In this document: piece by piece, positions 8,804 to 17,870 of the stretch
Layout: the number at the start of each line of letters is the position of its first letter
How positions within the stretch are numbered: the stretch's first letter is position 1
Source: an uncultured Candidatus Bathyarchaeia archaeon
GTDB lineage: Archaea > Thermoproteota > Bathyarchaeia > 40CM-2-53-6
Assembly (NCBI GenBank): GCA_964559555.1
Contig: CAZLHM010000007.1
Span: 1,942-65,941 of the forward strand
Direction: 5' to 3'
Length of the DNA: 64,000 bases
Translations under genes and position numbers: made by a program
The notes under the pieces: generated by a model
What the model saw: only the letters and a program-made list of their open reading frames with translations
Database searches by the model: none
Told to the model about the DNA's origin: nothing

Positions 8804-9642
8804 TGCGTAAACATGCTCCTCAGCTGATTGGCTGCCTCGTCAACGGTCGTAGGCATCTGCGAGATCCGGAGCCCCTCTTTCTGTAAGAGCTGAAAGAGTG
8901 TCGTTACTCTCGGTAGACCGATACCGATTAGCCTGGCTTCCTCACCATAGACCTCTCCAGGTCGTCCGTCCAGGACGATCCTACTTTCATTCATCACAAT
9001 AACTCGATTTGCATGCCTAGACACAATGTCGAGTCTATGCTCAACGAGTATGATTGTGATTCTTAGCCGCTTGTTGATGCTGGAGATGACTTCGAGGATC
9101 TCCAAGGCCGACTTGGGATCTAGAAACGATGTTGGTTCGTCGAGAACGATCACTTTGGGTTGCATTGCTAGAACCGCTGCAATCGCGGCTCTCTGTTGCT
9201 GACCGCCAGAGAGCTCGTAGGGTGGCTTATCTTTGAGATCGATGATCCCGGTCACGCCAAGAGCCCAATCAACACGCTTTCTTGTTTCCTCTCTGCTGAG
9301 TCCAAGGTTCTCGGGGCCGAAGGCAACGTCTCTCTCGATGCTGAGGGAGAAGAGCTGGTTCTCCGGATTCTGGAAGACCAGACCTACATGTGACGCCAAC
9401 TCAGCGGTTGTGTGATCCTTGACGTTCATGCCGTCGACGATGAGTTCCCCACTAAAATCCCCCGAGTAGAAGTTTGGGATCAATCCATTTAGGCATCGGC
9501 AGATCGTCGTCTTCCCGCAGCCGCTTGGACCTGTAAGAACGACGAACTCCCCAGCGGATATGTCAAGTGAGATGTTCTGAATCGACGGTCTGGGGGCGCC
9601 CATGTATGTGAAGATCAGATGATCAGCCCGGATGATCGACAA
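8800..9642 (-). CDS. ecfA1: ECF transporter ATPase component (EcfA1/CbiO).
   Basis: Walker A GPSGCGKTT, signature LSGGQQQRA and Walker B IVLDEPT are present. It overlaps ecfA2 by 4 nt. Confidence 0.88.
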   Translation of the reverse strand: MSIIRADHLIFTYMGAPRPSIQNISLDISAGEFVVLTGPSGCGKTTICRCLNGLIPNFYSGDFSGELIVDGMNVKDHTTAELASHVGLVFQNPENQLFSLSIERDVAFGPENLGLSREETRKRVDWALGVTGIIDLKDKPPYELSGGQQQRAAIAAVLAMQPKVIVLDEPTSFLDPKSALEILEVISSINKRLRITIILVEHRLDIVSRHANRVIVMNESRIVLDGRPGEVYGEEARLIGIGLPRVTTLFQLLQKEGLRISQMPTTVDEAANQLRSMFTQ

Positions 9643-9744
9643 TCCGAATGTGACCTCTCAGCGCCCTCACCGTGACGCAATAGTCCGTGAGTAACTACCA
9701 TCTTTCGAGTTGCGCGCCATATCATGGCTGCGCCATATAGCCTT

Positions 9745-10749
9745 TCATCGAGCCGAAGACCAGTTTCGATTGACGTAAACTCTGAACAGTTCGACTGACT
9801 TGCGAAGTGCTTCTTCAAGGCTCGCCTGCACGGTTGCACCGGCCGCCGTAGAGTGACCACCGCCGGCACCATTCATGACCTGACCCAGTACTGTTGCTAG
9901 GTCTCGGCCAAGATGGAAGTTCGTTCCAGAGAAGAACTCGCTCGTGGAGCGGAAGCTTAGAGTCACTCCCGCTTCCTTCTCTCCGCCTACGATCGCTAGG
10001 TGTGCTCCCAATCCGATCAACGAGCGTGCTACAGACGCATGAAACGAACCTACCGTTGTTGTGGCGACGATCCAACCGTCTATGCTGTCCCAGTTCATGC
10101 GTCTGGCTGACTTCATTCGAGCAATGCGCTCGGAATTATCCATGGGGATTCTTATGATGTTCAAGGCCTTTGTGCCGTCCACTCCGTAGCCTAGAAGCTT
10201 GCATACGAGCCTCAGGGACCTTGTCGTGGCAATGGCGAAGTGGCCAGTCTCGTAGGCAAGTCCCAAGAACGCCGCGAGCGCTTCTCTCTTGGTTAAGCGA
10301 ACTCTCATGGCTCTGTAGAAGTCGTACACGACTTCGCAGGCCGAAGTCGCTTCGTCGTCGACAACAAGCATCGTTGCACGCTTTCGCGTGTCTGGATGAA
10401 CAGCGTGATGGTCAATGATAATGAGTGGTCTTCGGGATTTCTCAACTGGTTCCTTCAGAGAACCCAGTTGTTCGAGCGTGTTGGTGTCGACCGTGATGAT
10501 GGCGTCAAACTCAGTCGGGTCTACCTTCTCCGCGACTTGAAAACGTAGATGCTTCAGCACGCGTCCGGATACTCTGCTGACGCCATCGGGCGAAGACGCT
10601 ATCACCCTCAGGCCTCTTCTCACACGCCGTAGGAGCCTCGCCAGCAAGTATGCTGAGCATACCGCATCCGGGTCAGCGTTCTGATGACACAGTATCAGAA
10701 TGCTTCGAGAGGTCTTGACCACTCTCACTACTCGTTTGAAACTTTGCAC
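9745..10749 (-). CDS. DHH/DHHA1 family phosphoesterase (NrnA-like).
   Basis: Motifs ILCHQNADPDAVCSA, IITVDT, IIIDHH and, in DHHA1, GGGHSTAAG are present. Confidence 0.75.
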   Translation of the reverse strand: MQSFKRVVRVVKTSRSILILCHQNADPDAVCSAYLLARLLRRVRRGLRVIASSPDGVSRVSGRVLKHLRFQVAEKVDPTEFDAIITVDTNTLEQLGSLKEPVEKSRRPLIIIDHHAVHPDTRKRATMLVVDDEATSACEVVYDFYRAMRVRLTKREALAAFLGLAYETGHFAIATTRSLRLVCKLLGYGVDGTKALNIIRIPMDNSERIARMKSARRMNWDSIDGWIVATTTVGSFHASVARSLIGLGAHLAIVGGEKEAGVTLSFRSTSEFFSGTNFHLGRDLATVLGQVMNGAGGGHSTAAGATVQASLEEALRKSVELFRVYVNRNWSSAR

Positions 10750-11030
10750 AAGTCTAGCTCCTGGGCTTTGGCCTCGGCGGCGAGGAAAGCTACATCTGTG
10801 GCCTCGTCGACTGCGCTCTCAAGATCTGGGTCATCTTGTGATGCTTCCACGGCCACTTCAATGCTCAGCGAGAGAGGCTTGCCACCAAGAGCCTCAACTA
10901 TCAAATGCAGATCTTCCAACCTCCTCAGCGGAATCTTTGAGAGCAGGAATTTTCGAGCGGCCTCTTCTGCTGCGGTGCATATCGCTTCCGTCTCCTCGTC
11001 GGTAGGCTCCCGTCGGAGGTGAATGCTCAC
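10728..11030 (-). CDS. Small acidic conserved-archaeal-type protein of unknown function (possibly DUF3194-like).
   Basis: This 100-aa ORF lies between prefoldin beta and the DHH gene and overlaps the DHH gene by 22 nt. The family assignment is from memory of gene neighbourhoods only. Confidence 0.45.
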   Translation of the reverse strand: MSIHLRREPTDEETEAICTAAEEAARKFLLSKIPLRRLEDLHLIVEALGGKPLSLSIEVAVEASQDDPDLESAVDEATDVAFLAAEAKAQELDLCKVSNE

Positions 11031-11073
11031 AACTGATCCCGCTCAAGGACGAGCCATGAGACAGAAGGCGGGA

Positions 11074-11439
11074 CTATTCCGGTGCCCTTGGTGCTCGCAG
11101 TCTTTCTTGCAGTTTCGCCTGAATATCCTTGATCCTCTCACGTGTCCGTTCTTCTTGTCTTCCAAGGACAGTAACTCGAGTGTTAAGCAACTCTTTCTTC
11201 TCCTTGAGTTCGGTAAGCAATCCGTCCTTGTCTGCTCTCACTAGGATGCTTCCCACGCTCTTGTAGACAGGGTTCTCACCTGTCACCTTCTCCAGTTCTG
11301 CTAGTGCCCTATCGGTCTCTGTCATCTCGATCTCAAGCTGCTGCTTTTGAGCCACAACGGCTTGGAGTGTCTGCTGTAGCTGCTGAAGCCTGGCAAGCTC
11401 CTCTTGGACTTGCGGTGGTAGTTCAACTCCTTCGCTCAT
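11074..11439 (-). CDS. pfdB: Prefoldin beta subunit.
   Basis: It has a coiled-coil, beta-hairpin, coiled-coil pattern: PPQVQEELARLQQLQQTLQAVVAQKQQLE...VYKSVGSILVRADKD...LKEKKELLNTRV. I chose the start at ATG 11439 (MSEGVELPP), whereas the track ORF extends to 11508. Confidence 0.8.
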   Translation of the reverse strand: MSEGVELPPQVQEELARLQQLQQTLQAVVAQKQQLEIEMTETDRALAELEKVTGENPVYKSVGSILVRADKDGLLTELKEKKELLNTRVTVLGRQEERTRERIKDIQAKLQERLRAPRAPE

Positions 11440-11588
11440 GTATGTCACATCTGAAGTATTCGCGAGTCTCGGCGGTAGGTCTACTAGGCGGATACATAAG
11501 GGTTTCAAGAACCTTCACTTCCATCCGCGATGCTCGGAAACATATTAGAGGAGCGATTCGAGGTTAGCGAGGTCATGAGTGTTCGACC

Positions 11589-12731
11589 ATGTCAGAACTG
11601 TCGGCATCCGAGTTTCAGGAGATTGCGCGCTTCTTCGTTGTTGAATCTATGCGCATTGGAAAACGGAGCGACGGATCCCCCGAATCAGTCGTGATCAGGT
11701 ACAACACCGCTGACCCATCATGCATTGATTTCACTCTGAAGGTTGAAGAAGAATGCTGGAAGGCGGGAGCACACACCTTGCTCCGTCCAATCAACTTTGG
11801 CCGTGAGAGGATCAAGCTATCGAAGAAGCCAGAAACCTCCCTGAGAGAGATCGAGCCTCTACTACTTCGAATTGCTGAGGCGGAGGATGTTGACATATAC
11901 ATTGGAGAGTATGATGATCCAAACTTCAGTGCAGGCCTCGCTGACAAATGGAAGCTAGCTGCTCCTGCTCGCCAGAAGTACAGAGAGGTGATGGACGAGC
12001 GAAAGGTCAGATGGGCATACGTGGGTTGGCCAATTCCCTCTGCAGCCGCAGGTTACGGTATTGACGCAACGGAGTTTCGGCGTGTTTTCTTCAGTAGTAT
12101 TCGGCAGTCTTTCTCGAAGGACCTGATGAGGCTCATCGGGTACTACGGGACAGCGTTGGAAGGAAAGGACCAAGTCCGCATACTTGCACCCGACGGAACT
12201 GACTTGAGTTTCAGGATCAAGGGACGTCCCGTGCTTTTGGATGATCCCGTGGTCTCTCCAGAAGACGTGGCGCGGGGAGATGTGGGGCTGAACATCCCTT
12301 GCGGTGAGGTGTTTGTCGCTCCTCTGGAAACGACAGCCAACGGTACAATAGTGTTCGAGAATGTGGCTGTGCCCGGTTTCGGCAAGATCAGCAACCTGCG
12401 GCTAAGGTTTGTCGAAGGAAAGGTCGCAGATGTCACGGCGCACGAAGGTGCTGATAGGCTCAACAAGTTCTTGGACGCAAACACGGGTGACAAGGATCGA
12501 ATCGGAGAACTCGGAATTGGGTGCAATCCCGGAGCGGAATACACAGGTGGCAGCATAATAGTTGACGAAAAGATCTACGGCACGATTCATCTCGCTGTCG
12601 GGAACAACACTGGGTCATACCACGGTGTGAATAAGGCGTCAAGTCATCTAGACATGATCAAGAGCATGAAGCAGGGCGAACTCTACGTCGACGGGAAGCT
12701 GGTCATGAAGAACGGAGCGCCAGCCGAATAG
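11589..12731 (+). CDS. M29 family aminopeptidase (AmpS/PepS, aminopeptidase T-like).
   Basis: The C-terminal block GELGIGCNPGA...IYGTIHLAVGNN...SSHLDM is typical of thermophilic metalloaminopeptidase family M29. Confidence 0.75.
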   Translation: MSELSASEFQEIARFFVVESMRIGKRSDGSPESVVIRYNTADPSCIDFTLKVEEECWKAGAHTLLRPINFGRERIKLSKKPETSLREIEPLLLRIAEAEDVDIYIGEYDDPNFSAGLADKWKLAAPARQKYREVMDERKVRWAYVGWPIPSAAAGYGIDATEFRRVFFSSIRQSFSKDLMRLIGYYGTALEGKDQVRILAPDGTDLSFRIKGRPVLLDDPVVSPEDVARGDVGLNIPCGEVFVAPLETTANGTIVFENVAVPGFGKISNLRLRFVEGKVADVTAHEGADRLNKFLDANTGDKDRIGELGIGCNPGAEYTGGSIIVDEKIYGTIHLAVGNNTGSYHGVNKASSHLDMIKSMKQGELYVDGKLVMKNGAPAE

Positions 12732-12870
12732 CTGTCCAGGCCGATCCACTAGTCCTACCCGGGGCTTGGTCTTCACACAACACCGGTTGTTTCTGCTGAC
12801 GCAGTTTCAGCCGTCTCTCCGGAATATAGCGTTGCTGAACGCGGTGGATATTCGGGAAGGCGAGACAGTG

Positions 12871-13209
12871 ATGATCACTCGAGAGGGCAAGGTTCTACAG
12901 GTCGTCGAGACACATCTCTGCCAAGGATGCAGGGCTCTTGTCAAACATACTAGCTTCTCGATACGATACAACGCCTCACCGTCGGATCCCAACAGCGTGC
13001 TGAAGAGCTACCGATGGGTATGCTCCAGATGCGGCGCAGAAAGAGAGGAAACTAGGGAGACCGTAATTCCAAGCAGTAGAGCCCGTCTTATCGGTCGCAT
13101 CCTGAAGATGCGTGATGACTATGGAATACGGTCGATGAACATCTCGGCTGCAAACGCGAAACTGACTATTGAGATAGCCTTCGAAGATGCGCTCGTACAG
13201 TCGGCTTAA
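12871..13209 (+). CDS. Hypothetical small zinc-ribbon protein.
   Basis: Two CxxC pairs (LCQGCRAL and VCSRCGAE) are the only recognisable feature. The start is uncertain: ATG 12871, or TTG 12766 as in the track. Confidence 0.4.
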   Translation: MITREGKVLQVVETHLCQGCRALVKHTSFSIRYNASPSDPNSVLKSYRWVCSRCGAEREETRETVIPSSRARLIGRILKMRDDYGIRSMNISAANAKLTIEIAFEDALVQSA

Positions 13210-13254
13210 ATTCCGTGGTTTGGCGCATTCATAGTCGGCCGACAGTGAGCGCCG

Positions 13255-14370
13255 ATGGTGGAAGTCTCGATCGAGGATCAAGCCAGGGACATAACTACTT
13301 CAGCCAACGCAGGAATCCTTCGCATCGGCAAGATCTCGGCAGCCTTGCCAAACAAGTTCGCAACGACCGCCGAACTCAATGCAACTCGCACAGTTGGAAG
13401 CAAGGACATGCTTCCTGGCGAGGTGATTATCTCTGCCAAGCTCATGTATCCTGATTCACTCAAGAAGATCCTCAAGGAGGAAGACTCTCTCCGCAGCTTT
13501 GCACGACGCCTTTCACGTGAGTCAGGAGGATACGAGGATGTCGCAAGGCTGCTGTTTCTCATCTTCAAGGGAGAAGCATCGTACGGTAGTGCTGAAGACC
13601 TCAGAACGCTACTTGACCTTCAGTATTTCGCAGATATGGACGTTGTGACAGTTCAGCAGTCAGCTGAGATGAGTCCTGAGGATTTCGCGTCCCTGCTGAA
13701 GTTCGCTGAGAGGTGGCTGAGTCAGAAAGGCATCGACAAGCCGCTTATGCCAATAGTGCAGGCATCAGAGACCTTGCGCGAGTTTGAGCTTTTCGCTGCT
13801 CCTATACTGAAACGCAAGTTCGCTCTAATGGGGGTCGACATGAGGGGAGGCTTCCACTACTACACACTCAGAGCGATCGAGAAGGTCAAGAAGAAAGATC
13901 CTGGTGTGTGGATTCACGCGTTGCAGGTTCCTCCGAAGATCAGGTTTGCGCGCCACCTGCTACCATCTTCACAAGGAATGCTGATGCCCTATTTCGGGGT
14001 GGACAGTTTCTCTAGGTGGGTCGTGCCTCCGCCTCCTGTTCCTCTCACGAAAGACAAGATCAACGTGTTTGACAAGTCCGGATGGGGTGTCTTCAAGCGA
14101 AAGGAGTGGACTCAGCTCCATGGGAAGAAACTCACTTGCACATGCCCAATGTGCAAAGGCCAGAACCTCGAGGGATTCTACACCGGGAAGGTACTCACGG
14201 TCCTAGGCCGAAGCAAAATCCACGATCATTACGCTCAGCAAGATGAGCTGAAGAAAGCCTCAGAGAGCATACGCAAGCGCGAGTACACCACGTTGATCAA
14301 GAAGAAGAAGTACGCGAACCTATTCGTCGGAGAACTCAAGAAGTCGCTAGAGGCAGAAGCGAAGACCTAG
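13255..14370 (+). CDS. Divergent tRNA-guanine transglycosylase (TGT)/DpdA-like protein; substrate unknown.
   Basis: A C-terminal TGT-type zinc site C-x-C-x2-C-x22-H spans 14137..14223 (CTCPMC...TVLGRSKIHDHY, compared with E. coli TGT CDCYTC...ILGARLNTIHNLRYY). It is preceded by YFGVDSFS, which resembles the TGT GxDxFD strand. The N-terminal ~250 aa is not recognisable by eye. Confidence 0.45.
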   Translation: MVEVSIEDQARDITTSANAGILRIGKISAALPNKFATTAELNATRTVGSKDMLPGEVIISAKLMYPDSLKKILKEEDSLRSFARRLSRESGGYEDVARLLFLIFKGEASYGSAEDLRTLLDLQYFADMDVVTVQQSAEMSPEDFASLLKFAERWLSQKGIDKPLMPIVQASETLREFELFAAPILKRKFALMGVDMRGGFHYYTLRAIEKVKKKDPGVWIHALQVPPKIRFARHLLPSSQGMLMPYFGVDSFSRWVVPPPPVPLTKDKINVFDKSGWGVFKRKEWTQLHGKKLTCTCPMCKGQNLEGFYTGKVLTVLGRSKIHDHYAQQDELKKASESIRKREYTTLIKKKKYANLFVGELKKSLEAEAKT

Positions 14371-14948
14371 CTTGACGTCGCCGCCAGAAGCGTCATGAGG
14401 TCTCTCAGATTCACTTCCGACTTCGTGCGCCAACCAATCGAGAATCCTCCCGATTCGTCTTCCGTTAGGTACCCGTTCCGCACGAAGGCGTCTAGCAACG
14501 TCAGTGCCTTCCATCTTCCGACCTTCTCCGCCAGAAGCTTCTCTACCTCTTCTCGCGGTGCTTTGCCCTGTTTCGTGAGGACGTAAGCAATCGTTATCGT
14601 GAGAGCGGCTAGGTTGTCGATTCGCCACCCGGACAATCGAGCCTCCTTCGGAGTGAGGGTTCCTCTCAATGTAACCAAGTATCGAGCGTCCTCTGCTGCG
14701 TCTGTGACCGGCTCTTCAACGAGCGGCCTAGCCTGTGAATGTTCAGGCTCGATTCGCTTCACTTCGAGATCAAGTTCCGAAAGCAAGGCATCGACTTGCT
14801 TGACGATCTCCTTGTAGTTCTTCCCGAGCCCGGCTTTGAGTTCCCATTCCTTCGCGCCCGGCATCTTCCCTCGCTTGAACAGTAGTAGGTGGATCGCACG
14901 CTTGAGCTTCTCACCATAGAAACGTGTTTCGGCGCTAGCTTGTTCCAT
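14367..14948 (-). CDS. Tandem winged-helix protein, ScpB/KITE-like partner of the adjacent kleisin.
   Basis: The N-terminal half (AIHLLLFKRGKMPGAKEWELKAGLG...VDALLSELDLEVKRI) and the C-terminal half (REEVEKLLAEKVG...LLDAFVRNGYLTEDESGGFSIGWR) each follow the ScpB winged-helix pattern. It overlaps the kleisin gene by 14 nt. Confidence 0.5.
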   Translation of the reverse strand: MEQASAETRFYGEKLKRAIHLLLFKRGKMPGAKEWELKAGLGKNYKEIVKQVDALLSELDLEVKRIEPEHSQARPLVEEPVTDAAEDARYLVTLRGTLTPKEARLSGWRIDNLAALTITIAYVLTKQGKAPREEVEKLLAEKVGRWKALTLLDAFVRNGYLTEDESGGFSIGWRTKSEVNLRDLMTLLAATSS

Positions 14949-15792
14949 GAGTCATCTCACCCACACTTTCATCAAGAGCACTTCCGTTGCTGCGCACCAC
15001 TTGCTTGGGGATCGGAATCGGATAGCTGATCAATCCGTCGACCGCCTTTCCGGCAGGTGTCGAAAGCGGTACGAGTCTCATGCTATCGACTTCGCGGACG
15101 AGTCTCGCGAATCCATACGTGAGAAGGAAACTCACGAAGTAGGCGCGCTCTACGGTCTGCTGATATGTGTTACGTCGTACAAATGACCAGTAATCAACGG
15201 AGCTGCCTTCTCCAGTTCGGTCCATTAATTCCTTCCAGAGTCCTTGCAGATGCTTCTCGAAATCCTCGCGTGTAAGGATGCCGGATCTCACAAGATAGTC
15301 AAGGTCAGCGTCCACTGGGGGTGCGGCCTTTCCCATTGCGAGTCTCTTCCTTCTCGCCTCATATGAGAGCATCTGTTTCCAGTATTGGATTCCTTCCTGG
15401 ATAGCGTCAACCGTAAGTTGCTCTCGCTCGACTATTGGATGCCAAGACTTCAGGAAGATCTCACCGAGTCGTTTGACTGAGAGCGTGCGGAACTTCTTCT
15501 CAAGTAGCTCAGGGTTTGTGTAGAGCGAACTCGACTGGTATCGAAGTTGACTCCTCTGGAGGTTGAGTACTTCTGCCAAGTCCTTGATGGTTTCAGCGTC
15601 AAGGCAGTGATCCTCAAGCGATTCCCAGAATGGGAAGTACTTACGCAGCGTCTCAACGGCGAAGCTCACATCCATGAAGAACGGGTTGAATTTGTGATTT
15701 CTTATCGCCTCGCACGTCGAGATGAGCTCACGAAGCTCCTTTCGTCCCGACGGGAGTCTGACGCGCGCTGTCTTCTCGCTCGAGGGAGGCAT
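14935..15792 (-). CDS. ScpA-like kleisin.
   Basis: The C-terminal segment DYWSFVRRNTYQQTVERAYFVSFLLTYGFARLVREVDSMRLVPL matches the ScpA C-terminal winged-helix pattern. Its start codon directly abuts the stop of the SMC-like gene. Confidence 0.5.
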   Translation of the reverse strand: MPPSSEKTARVRLPSGRKELRELISTCEAIRNHKFNPFFMDVSFAVETLRKYFPFWESLEDHCLDAETIKDLAEVLNLQRSQLRYQSSSLYTNPELLEKKFRTLSVKRLGEIFLKSWHPIVEREQLTVDAIQEGIQYWKQMLSYEARRKRLAMGKAAPPVDADLDYLVRSGILTREDFEKHLQGLWKELMDRTGEGSSVDYWSFVRRNTYQQTVERAYFVSFLLTYGFARLVREVDSMRLVPLSTPAGKAVDGLISYPIPIPKQVVRSNGSALDESVGEMTHGTS

Positions 15793-17769
15793 CTATTTCA
15801 CCTTGGCCACGACGGAGCTGCCCTCAACGTTCTGTACAACTACTACGTGAACATCATGATCGGGCACTAGGACTTGGCCGGGCGTGATGGCGACGTACTG
15901 AGTGTTCTGCATCTCTCTTGCACTTGAAACGATCAGCCGTGAGATGACTTCCCGGTTCTTCGGGTCCATGTGAACATCGAACTCGTCAATTGCTCTGAAG
16001 GGGGAGGAGATGTGTTGTTGCAGTGCAAGCAAGAACGCCATCAGTGCGATGCTTCTTTCGCCACCGCTTTGGGTGAGTGAGTCAAGGCGGGTCGGAGGGA
16101 CGCCTTTGAATCCGACCAAGATGTCGAGTCCCGCTTGGTCGATACTCCTTGCTGTGCTGAGTTTCAGCTCGCCTTTCGCCCCAACTTCCTGCAAGATCTG
16201 GTTGTAGCGCATTCTGAGCGATTCCAGGAAGGATAACATCACCTCCTTCCATTTTTCGAGCCTCTTCTCCACCTCAGCCATGATCTCTTGTCTATTCCTT
16301 GCGAGCTGTTCCGTCTTTTCGCGTAGGTCTTCGTAGACCGCTGTGTATGAGGCATACATTTTCTCCACATCTTCTGAAAGGTGAGCAATGGGCCGGAGTT
16401 GCTCCTCGGTAGCACCGATGTCCATAATTATGTCGCCGATCTTTCTGGGGTTCTGGAACCTAGGACCCATCTTCTCGGCGTTCACTCTAAGCGGCTGAAT
16501 CTCCTCTTCTAGTATCCTGTGCTGGGTCTCAAGGTCAGCAAGCTCTTCGCTGAGCATCTTCCTCTTGAATCCGAGAACTTGCGTGTCAACGCGAGCGTCT
16601 ATCAGCCGAGAGAGTTCACCCTCGATTCGGGCATCCAATTCACGTAGTTCATTCTCCTTTCCCTGACGCCTTTCTCGAGCACGTCCCAGCTTCTGTTCTG
16701 CTTCGATGCGAACCCGAGTCCAGTCGTCCAGCCATTCCCTCATCGAGAGAAGCAGATCCGAGTGCTCCCCAGGGTTCGCGGGCACGGATTGCAGTGCGTC
16801 GCTGGTTTCATTATTGACATTTGGGAAGAGGCGCTTCTTGGCCTCATCAGAGAAACGCTGGACCCATTCAATTGTCGACGCAATTGACGATTCTTGGCGA
16901 ACGAGCTCCAAGTACCTATTGTGCAGTTCAAACCTATCCTTCAGATGCGTGTCGTATCTCTCTTGGCGGCGCTTGAGGAGCTCGTCCGCTTCCTGCAGTT
17001 TTTGGTCCGCGTTCTCGATCATTCTGGCTCTTGTTTCAATTCTCTCTCTGATACGTGAAAGGGCCTCTTCGCGTTTCTGAATCCTTGCCCAAGCCATCTC
17101 TCGCTTCAGATCTGCAAGCTTGGTGTCCAGAGTTTTCTTCAGTAGGAACCGCTCGTATTCTCTTCGCCAGTAGTCGTGCGTTTCCTTTGTCGACTCGAGA
17201 ACCTGAACGAGTGACTCCTCCTCGCCGGCTACCTTTGTGAGGCGATCTTGCGCTTCGAGGACATTGATGCGATAGGACTGGAATCCAACGGCTTCCTCCA
17301 GCATCTTCAGTTTGTCATTCGGAGGAATCGAAGCAAACTTACCCACCATAAGTTGATGCATGATGACGAGGATGTTGTCAGGGTTCAGACCGTACCTATC
17401 AAGAGCGTTTACGACATCGGTTTTGCTCACAGGGTGATCTTGGACAAGGTACTGGTAGGTTCCATTTCGCTTGAGGACCCGTGTAACGGTCACGTTGTCG
17501 ACGTGGTATTGAGGAAACGGTTTGCCGTGCTCTCTGGCCCGGTTGTCCAGTTGGAGGGTTATCCGAGCCTCGCTTGTGCCCCATCTTATTAGGTCGCTAA
17601 GGCGGCGAGCTCTCTCTGTGTACGTCTGGCCCAGAACGACTGAGATTGCGAGGAGAATGGATGACTTCCCTGCCCCGTTGGGGCCGCAGATCAAGTTTAG
17701 CCCTGACTCTAGTGGCACGTACGCATTCTCGTACGACATGAAGTTCGTCAGAGCTATGCCCTTGATCAT
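15793..17769 (-). CDS. Short SMC-family ATPase (658 aa) with SMC5/6-like head motifs and no hinge or zinc hook.
   Basis: The N-terminal head is IALTNFMSYE...LICGPNGAGKSSILLAISVVLG (Walker A). About 400 aa of heptad-rich coiled coil is broken once by FPNVNNETSDALQSVPANPGEHSD. The C-terminal head carries signature LTQSGGERSIALMAFLLALQ and Walker B/D-loop PFRAIDEFDVHMD. Confidence 0.7.
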   Translation of the reverse strand: MIKGIALTNFMSYENAYVPLESGLNLICGPNGAGKSSILLAISVVLGQTYTERARRLSDLIRWGTSEARITLQLDNRAREHGKPFPQYHVDNVTVTRVLKRNGTYQYLVQDHPVSKTDVVNALDRYGLNPDNILVIMHQLMVGKFASIPPNDKLKMLEEAVGFQSYRINVLEAQDRLTKVAGEEESLVQVLESTKETHDYWRREYERFLLKKTLDTKLADLKREMAWARIQKREEALSRIRERIETRARMIENADQKLQEADELLKRRQERYDTHLKDRFELHNRYLELVRQESSIASTIEWVQRFSDEAKKRLFPNVNNETSDALQSVPANPGEHSDLLLSMREWLDDWTRVRIEAEQKLGRARERRQGKENELRELDARIEGELSRLIDARVDTQVLGFKRKMLSEELADLETQHRILEEEIQPLRVNAEKMGPRFQNPRKIGDIIMDIGATEEQLRPIAHLSEDVEKMYASYTAVYEDLREKTEQLARNRQEIMAEVEKRLEKWKEVMLSFLESLRMRYNQILQEVGAKGELKLSTARSIDQAGLDILVGFKGVPPTRLDSLTQSGGERSIALMAFLLALQQHISSPFRAIDEFDVHMDPKNREVISRLIVSSAREMQNTQYVAITPGQVLVPDHDVHVVVVQNVEGSSVVAKVK

Positions 17770-17870
17770 CCACTGGTGCTTCCGAGTCGGATAGCGAATT
17801 TCTCAGCACCGTAAAAACCTTCGGGGGCTCTACGTATCAATAGCGGATCGCCACAACGACGGCGCTACGC

